Below, one piece after another: positions 59,901-64,000 of a stretch of 64,000 nt of DNA (position 1 is its first letter; every line of letters begins with the position of its first letter). The stretch is from Diplonema japonicum (taxonomy: Eukaryota; Protista; Euglenozoa: Diplonemea). Position numbers and translations under genes: made by a program. The notes under the pieces were generated by a model. That model made no database searches. It was given only the letters and a program-made list of their open reading frames with translations, and was not told the DNA's origin. Location of the stretch: assembly GCA_964019335.1 (NCBI GenBank), contig OZ025705.1:450407-514406 (forward strand). Reading direction: 5' to 3'.

Positions 59901-62900
59901 CGAGGTTGTAGAATGGATGAAACACCGGGAGGAGCACTATGCCCCGTTTTGCAGTGAGGGTTGGGACCGGTACTTGGAAGGGATGGGCACAGCAGCGACG
60001 TGGGGAGACCACTTGTGCCTGGCAGCCGCAGCACAAGCGTTTGGCCGCACGATACTCGTGGTTGCTGGGGGGAACAACCCAGTCCTGATGATAGGGGAGT
60101 ACAACTCCGACCACGAGAAGGTGGTGGTGCTGGCGTACAACGGCAACCACTACGAGTATGCAGTCGGAGAGGAGGAGTCGATGATGATGCTCCTTGATGA
60201 GTCCCAATCGGTAGCTCTACAAAAGGCAGGTAAGCAACCCTCCGAGGCCCCGGGTGAGGACATCGGGGAGTGGGACATAATAGACCGTGCGATCCCTGGA
60301 TACGGGAAGGCAGGGGTGTTGGACCAGATGGGGGCAAGGAACCAGCAATTCCTGTACTGTCCGGTGGCGAACTGCGCTAGGTCGAAGTGCAAAAGCACGA
60401 CCCCGTTCAACTCGACAAGGGTATGGAAGTGTCACCTGGATGGGCACCTGGAGAGTGATGAGATCCCGGAGAGCGTTCTGAGGAGACTGGACCTCGAGAG
60501 GTGCCTGGTGTGCAGGGGCTGTGTGTGGAAGGGTCAGGGGTGCCACGACGAGTGCAAAAAGGCGGTGCGAAGGGAAGGGGAATACACGACCCCCCCGCCG
60601 GCCCCGACGAGGACCGAGTTACCCAGCCTGGAAGCCATAGCCGCCATGAACGTCACGACCATGGGGTCGATCCCGACGAGCCTTCAAAGACTGTGGGGGC
60701 TTACCCTTAAGCACACTCTGGGCCGGGCGGTGAAGGACAACACAGAGGAGGCTTGGCTGCTGGTGGCGATGCTCCCCAAAGCCTGCCTGTGGAAGAAGAG
60801 GGGAGGGAAGAAGCGGGACAAGGAGACGGAGCTGAGTGTCCAGGCCAGATTGGAGGAGTGGGAGAAGGGAAATTACATGGCCCTCTGGAATAAGCTGGAA
60901 TCAGGTGAGAAGGGGGAACCTAAGAACGACGAGGTCTCTAAGGTCGCCAGGGCCACGGAACTGTGCAGCAAAGGGAGGTTCTCGGCAGGAAACGCGGCGC
61001 TTGTAGCCCAGGGGCTGGCGGAAGACAATGAGGATTGCTGGAGAGCGCTGCAGAGCAAACATCCAGAGCCACTACACCCCCAATGGGACAACCCGGCGAA
61101 GACGAAGGAAGCGGTAGAAGTCTTGCCAGAAGAAGTGCTGGACGCAATCAGGGACTTCCCGAGGGGGACTGCTGCGGGACCGACTGGTCTGAGAGCCCAG
61201 CACATCAAGGACGCGGTGGACGGAGCTTTTGAGTCTCAAGGCTGTTTGATGTCGGTGACGAGGGCAGTCAACGCATTAGCTAGAGGCACGGCCCCTAGGG
61301 AGGTGGCTCCGCTGATGGCAGGGGCGAACCTTGTGGCCCTCAAGAAGAACGACAGGGACGTGCGGCCCATAGCCGTTGGGGATGTGCTGCGTCGGCTGGT
61401 GGGGAAATCCCTTGTGAAGAAGATCGCTCCGGAAGTGGCCTCTTCGTACCTGAAGAAAGGCGGCCAGGTGGGGGTATCGGTCCCTGCTGGAATGGAGGCG
61501 GCTATACACACCATCAGGCAGTATGTGGACAGGGAACGGGGCAACAAGCAGGAAAACAAGGTGATCCTCAAGATCGACTACGCCAACGCCTTCAACAGTG
61601 TTTGTCGGAGGCAGCTGTGCTCACAGGCCTATGAGCAAGCGTCGGGGCTGTATGCGTGGGCCGATTGGTGCTACAGGGTGCCCTCCCAATTATACTACAA
61701 CGGAAAGGTGATTAAGTCCCAGGAAGGGGTGCAACAGGGGGACCCGATGGGACCGCTGCTGTTCTCTCTGGCCATCCAACCCCTGGTGAACAAGATAAGT
61801 GAAGACTGCAACCTGGACATCCTCCAGTTCTACCTGGACGATGGCGTCCTTGTGGGGAATGTGGATGAAGTGAGAAAGGCGTACAACATCTTGTGTGAGC
61901 TGAGCGGAATGATAGGGCTGAAAGTGAAACCCCAGAAGTGCGAGCTCATATGGGTTAGTGGCGACCTCCCCCAGACAGTGGAGGACACAGGCTTCGATGG
62001 CCTGACAGAAGAGAATTTCCACAAAGAGAGGAACTTCATGCTCCTGGGGGCGCCGATAGGATCGCCGGAGTACACGCAAGCCTTTCTGAACAAACGCTTG
62101 GACGCGCTGGAAGAGAACTTCGACATGCTGACCAAGGTGGGGAGGCAGACAGGGTACACACTTCTCCGGTATTGCAGCTCATACAGCAAACTGGTGTTTT
62201 ACATGAGAGTGGTCCCAGACTCGCATGTGGGAGGGGTCATGCACAGGTTCGACGAGATGGTGCGGAAGACGATGTCGAAGGTGTGCGGCATGCAGTTCGA
62301 GAACGGGTCGAAAGAATGGCAGCAGGCGAAACTGTCCGTAAAAGTCGGTGGGCTTGGGATGAGGAGCTGCCAGGAGCACCTGCGCGCGGCCAACATGGCT
62401 TCGAGGGCGTCGACGATGAAGCTGTGCAAGGAGCTGGATCCCAAATACGAACATGGGCTGGAAGGGGGTGTATGGGGGAGCTGGCTCGAGTGGTTCAACA
62501 GGACGAAGGGCGGCATGCAGATTACACCCGACATGGTGGCCAAGGCCCCCCACATCTGCAGCCAGAGGTGGCTCTCTAGGGTGCTTGATGAGAAGGCGCT
62601 GGAGGACCTCTTGGCGAAAGCAGATGCACGCTCGAGAGCGAGGTTGATGTCGGAGTCAATGCACTATGCGGGAGCGTGGTTGACGGCGACGCCTGACTTC
62701 TACAACCAGCTGTCGGACAACGAGTTTGGGGCTCTGATCAAGTGGTGGTTGGGGGCTCCGGTCTACAAGCAGGGTGAGAGCTGCCACGACCCGAGGTGCA
62801 AGACTGAGGGGATGGACGTATGGGGTGACCATGCCCAGGGATGCGGCAACGCCAGGATTGCGAGGCACGACCGGGTGAAGGAGACCATCCACAGACACTG

Positions 62901-64000
62901 TCAGTGGGCCGGGGTGAGCGCAACGATGGAGAAGACGGGGCTGATCCCGGGGTCGTCCCAGCGCCCGGCGGACGTGTTCTTCCCAGGTGGGGTGGGGGGT
63001 TCCCGCCCAATGGCTATGGACGTGGTCATCGTGCACCCGAGGAACGAGTCTTGTGTCAACCAGGCGGCGAAGACTGCGGGATACGCAGCGGCGAAGGCGG
63101 AACACTACAAGCGCCAGAAGTATGAGGCGGAGCTCGCCAAGACACGCGTGGCCTTTGTACCTTTCGCGATGGAGACCTTTGGGGGGTTCGGGGAGGCAGC
63201 AGTCTACCTCACGAAGAAACTGTCCAGGAGCATAGCTGCGCGGGCTCACGGGGACAGAGTCTCGATACACAGGCGTGTGGTCCAAGAGGTGTCAACGGCC
63301 ATGATGAGATCGATAGCAGGGGCGCTGTTAGTCAAAGGGCCTGTACAGTTGGATCCAGGGCCCCCGGTACCGGACGGCGAAGAGGAAAAAAAGGACAACG
63401 AGGAAGCGAACAACGAACCCAACACTGAATCCAACACTGACCTCACAGAGGACTCCTTCGGCAATGAAAAAACCACCGAAGCTGAGGAGTCGTCCGAGAG
63501 GGAAGTGAAGGGACAGGGAGGCGGACCCCCAATCACGGTGGCCCACCAGCTGGATGCCCTTCTGGAGCAGACGAAGAAGGACCTGGACGCCCGAATGCAG
63601 CAGCAGCGAAAGGCGGAACCGGTGGAGGGTGGAACACAAGGGAAAGCGGGAGCAGGACTCGAAGCAGCCTCGCCGGGAGGAGAAGACACGGAGATGGTCG
63701 GAACAGGATCCAGCGAGAGGGCTGGGCAGGGAGGGGAGCTTGACCCGAAGGCCCAGGAAGATGGGAAGAGACAAGGGGCGACTGACGCAAACCCGCAAAC
63801 CCGCAAACCCGCAAACCCGCAAACCCGCAAACCCGCAAACCCGCAAACCCGCAAACCCGCAAACCCGCAAACCCGCAAACCCGCAAACCCGCAAACCCGC
63901 AAACCCGCAAACCCGCAAACCCGCAAACCCGCAAACCCGCAAACCCGCAAACCCGCAAACCCGCAAACCCGCAAACCCGCAAACCCGCAAACCCGCAAAC
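56956..64000 (+). CDS. Retrotransposon polyprotein >=2348 aa: AlkB, Pro/Glu repeats, basic/hydrophobic region, C2H2, OTU, Zn fingers, RT, CCHC, RLE, acidic tail
   Basis: Manual frame +1 translation from ATG 56956 (in-frame TAA at 56950) finds no stop to 64000. Not in the ORF track because there is no stop codon. Confidence 0.92.
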   Translation, partial: MDPRWNARGGDHANRREKEPQQAARLHTMPGPTQPDYLVGQYESPPPPPRSPHPPLEKKNKIKKSLAETAVLTAAATVATTIPAADPAIVEEGRKEGEKKGWVLVYGEHPPGLRTGPAPAFLKALLSGKWEALSGNSGRETLQYGYRWEGMNAKVCPTMGIPGGVEGWVREVAAAAGLEVVPNQVLVNKYKSGCGIAAHKDDVRLGPIVLVLSYGAETTMVMRRGDRVVKYLVPPFSWALLEGEARHQWTHHIPSGMSTGVRVSITLRAVGPKLTCTPQEDPSPGLTDEPPFLDPLFCGQGGVALPREDSAPPAPLFFLEPSSEENRPSSEENREKGEEVALLREGGAPPPHLSPPFSFLEPSPEEPSTEVKNRPSSEENRERGEEVALLREGSVPPPHSSPPFSFIEPSPEGPSMEVKNRPSLEEKKAEGETARLREGSAPPSLPPIFSGPSMEVYTLVPKGRGLFLRVEGKEKKKTNKEEPFFFSNNQGDPAPTPTARQGVVGVEAASDVRAPLHTLVRRQKRAPWIAMGGREPKPAPKRKKNRRRHRSEAALQRRREKRTKAREGAREAARQEKKRHRRARKEGRRRACREEHEAALEQKPDDPAMGLKRTEVGTPGAQPLAPRIPAPGAATGTRRHRRRTGHSKEGVRWEHLGAWAWVALFSLLLIPGVRQVLGVGIGMAPSFLHAAVLWKRPGSDRRTTRRSRVQVGPRGDEWSAGELAWLAVGGTLVGSTSVWIGGLMSLWAMVEVMVGKAGAGPTQRFGPVKLKKTRRGSRGHYRPVYLGPPRSSRRRKKKEDAKQAAKERAETEDKLFQAEHLDPFADLTLAGDALQGGGDPPPMDLDDEHMEAQKEGEKEGSDKHQCRMEDCSFRTSVASCLVKHLNAVHHHFVKQEQARSMKVNLCGTCAAACSSNQTHCALHRQRNLWNPDKQPRAGKSVDEIMKSFKLTRRSTEKDGNCMFHALAGSLGEAYGDHTHIRSEVVEWMKHREEHYAPFCSEGWDRYLEGMGTAATWGDHLCLAAAAQAFGRTILVVAGGNNPVLMIGEYNSDHEKVVVLAYNGNHYEYAVGEEESMMMLLDESQSVALQKAGKQPSEAPGEDIGEWDIIDRAIPGYGKAGVLDQMGARNQQFLYCPVANCARSKCKSTTPFNSTRVWKCHLDGHLESDEIPESVLRRLDLERCLVCRGCVWKGQGCHDECKKAVRREGEYTTPPPAPTRTELPSLEAIAAMNVTTMGSIPTSLQRLWGLTLKHTLGRAVKDNTEEAWLLVAMLPKACLWKKRGGKKRDKETELSVQARLEEWEKGNYMALWNKLESGEKGEPKNDEVSKVARATELCSKGRFSAGNAALVAQGLAEDNEDCWRALQSKHPEPLHPQWDNPAKTKEAVEVLPEEVLDAIRDFPRGTAAGPTGLRAQHIKDAVDGAFESQGCLMSVTRAVNALARGTAPREVAPLMAGANLVALKKNDRDVRPIAVGDVLRRLVGKSLVKKIAPEVASSYLKKGGQVGVSVPAGMEAAIHTIRQYVDRERGNKQENKVILKIDYANAFNSVCRRQLCSQAYEQASGLYAWADWCYRVPSQLYYNGKVIKSQEGVQQGDPMGPLLFSLAIQPLVNKISEDCNLDILQFYLDDGVLVGNVDEVRKAYNILCELSGMIGLKVKPQKCELIWVSGDLPQTVEDTGFDGLTEENFHKERNFMLLGAPIGSPEYTQAFLNKRLDALEENFDMLTKVGRQTGYTLLRYCSSYSKLVFYMRVVPDSHVGGVMHRFDEMVRKTMSKVCGMQFENGSKEWQQAKLSVKVGGLGMRSCQEHLRAANMASRASTMKLCKELDPKYEHGLEGGVWGSWLEWFNRTKGGMQITPDMVAKAPHICSQRWLSRVLDEKALEDLLAKADARSRARLMSESMHYAGAWLTATPDFYNQLSDNEFGALIKWWLGAPVYKQGESCHDPRCKTEGMDVWGDHAQGCGNARIARHDRVKETIHRHCQWAGVSATMEKTGLIPGSSQRPADVFFPGGVGGSRPMAMDVVIVHPRNESCVNQAAKTAGYAAAKAEHYKRQKYEAELAKTRVAFVPFAMETFGGFGEAAVYLTKKLSRSIAARAHGDRVSIHRRVVQEVSTAMMRSIAGALLVKGPVQLDPGPPVPDGEEEKKDNEEANNEPNTESNTDLTEDSFGNEKTTEAEESSEREVKGQGGGPPITVAHQLDALLEQTKKDLDARMQQQRKAEPVEGGTQGKAGAGLEAASPGGEDTEMVGTGSSERAGQGGELDPKAQEDGKRQGATDANPQTRKPANPQTRKPANPQTRKPANPQTRKPANPQTRKPANPQTRKPANPQTRKPANPQTRKPANPQTRK
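63787..64000. repeat. Perfect (GCAAACCC)n array, >=26 units, open at the window edge
   Basis: Direct inspection. Confidence 0.98.

Larger units (their letters stand above)
56745..64000 (+). mobile_element. CRE/SLACS-like (restriction-like-endonuclease) non-LTR retrotransposon, apparently intact; 3' end beyond the window
   Basis: RT motifs FPRGTAAGPTG, RPIAVGDVLRRL, QVGV, KIDYANAFNS, GVQQGDPMGPLLF, YLDD (61831-61842), LLGAPIG, GGLG; CCHC knuckle from 62782; RHD, RPAD (62962), D, K..KY, FVPFAMETFGG. Confidence 0.95.

Noticed and set aside
57063-63998. Minus-strand ORFs over the retroelement (e.g. 57063-58577, and 63246-63998 with RVCGFAGL repeats)
   Set aside because: Antisense to the polyprotein, or translations of the octamer array.
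63787-64000. (GCAAACCC)n as the chromosome's telomere
   Set aside because: A right-end telomere would be G-rich on the plus strand; this array is C-rich, differs from the TTAGGG typical of euglenozoans, and also occurs internally at ~56650.

Overview
Eukaryotic nuclear DNA, very probably from a diplonemid (Euglenozoa): a diplonemid-type 39-nt spliced-leader (SL) exon is present, the host genes in 1-48 kb all lie head-to-tail on the minus strand, and introns are tiny GT-AG introns. Host genes include an aspartic protease, a bacterial-type lactonase, NAMPT, a glutamate-receptor-like channel, myosin, two tandem FAD-reductase/CRT-like transporter fusions, DUF92, eEF3, HSP90, an MFS transporter and cytochrome b5 reductase. 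The eEF3+HSP90 pair sits in a near-perfect 6.5 kb duplication. 48-56.5 kb is transposon debris (hAT pseudogene, a foldback/MITE, retroelement fragments) showing near-complete CpG->TpG/CpA conversion. The window ends in an apparently intact plus-strand CRE/SLACS-like non-LTR retrotransposon, missed by the ORF track because it has no stop codon in the window. It begins with the SL exon and has one ORF of >=2348 codons: AlkB dioxygenase, hydrophobic segments, zinc finger, OTU protease, zinc fingers, reverse transcriptase and restriction-like endonuclease, running into a (GCAAACCC)n array. The strongest candidate for an undescribed system is this SL-capped, AlkB+OTU-carrying retroelement together with the CpG-specific hypermutation seen in a decayed copy of it. 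All translations, alignments and counts were done by eye; no database searches were run.
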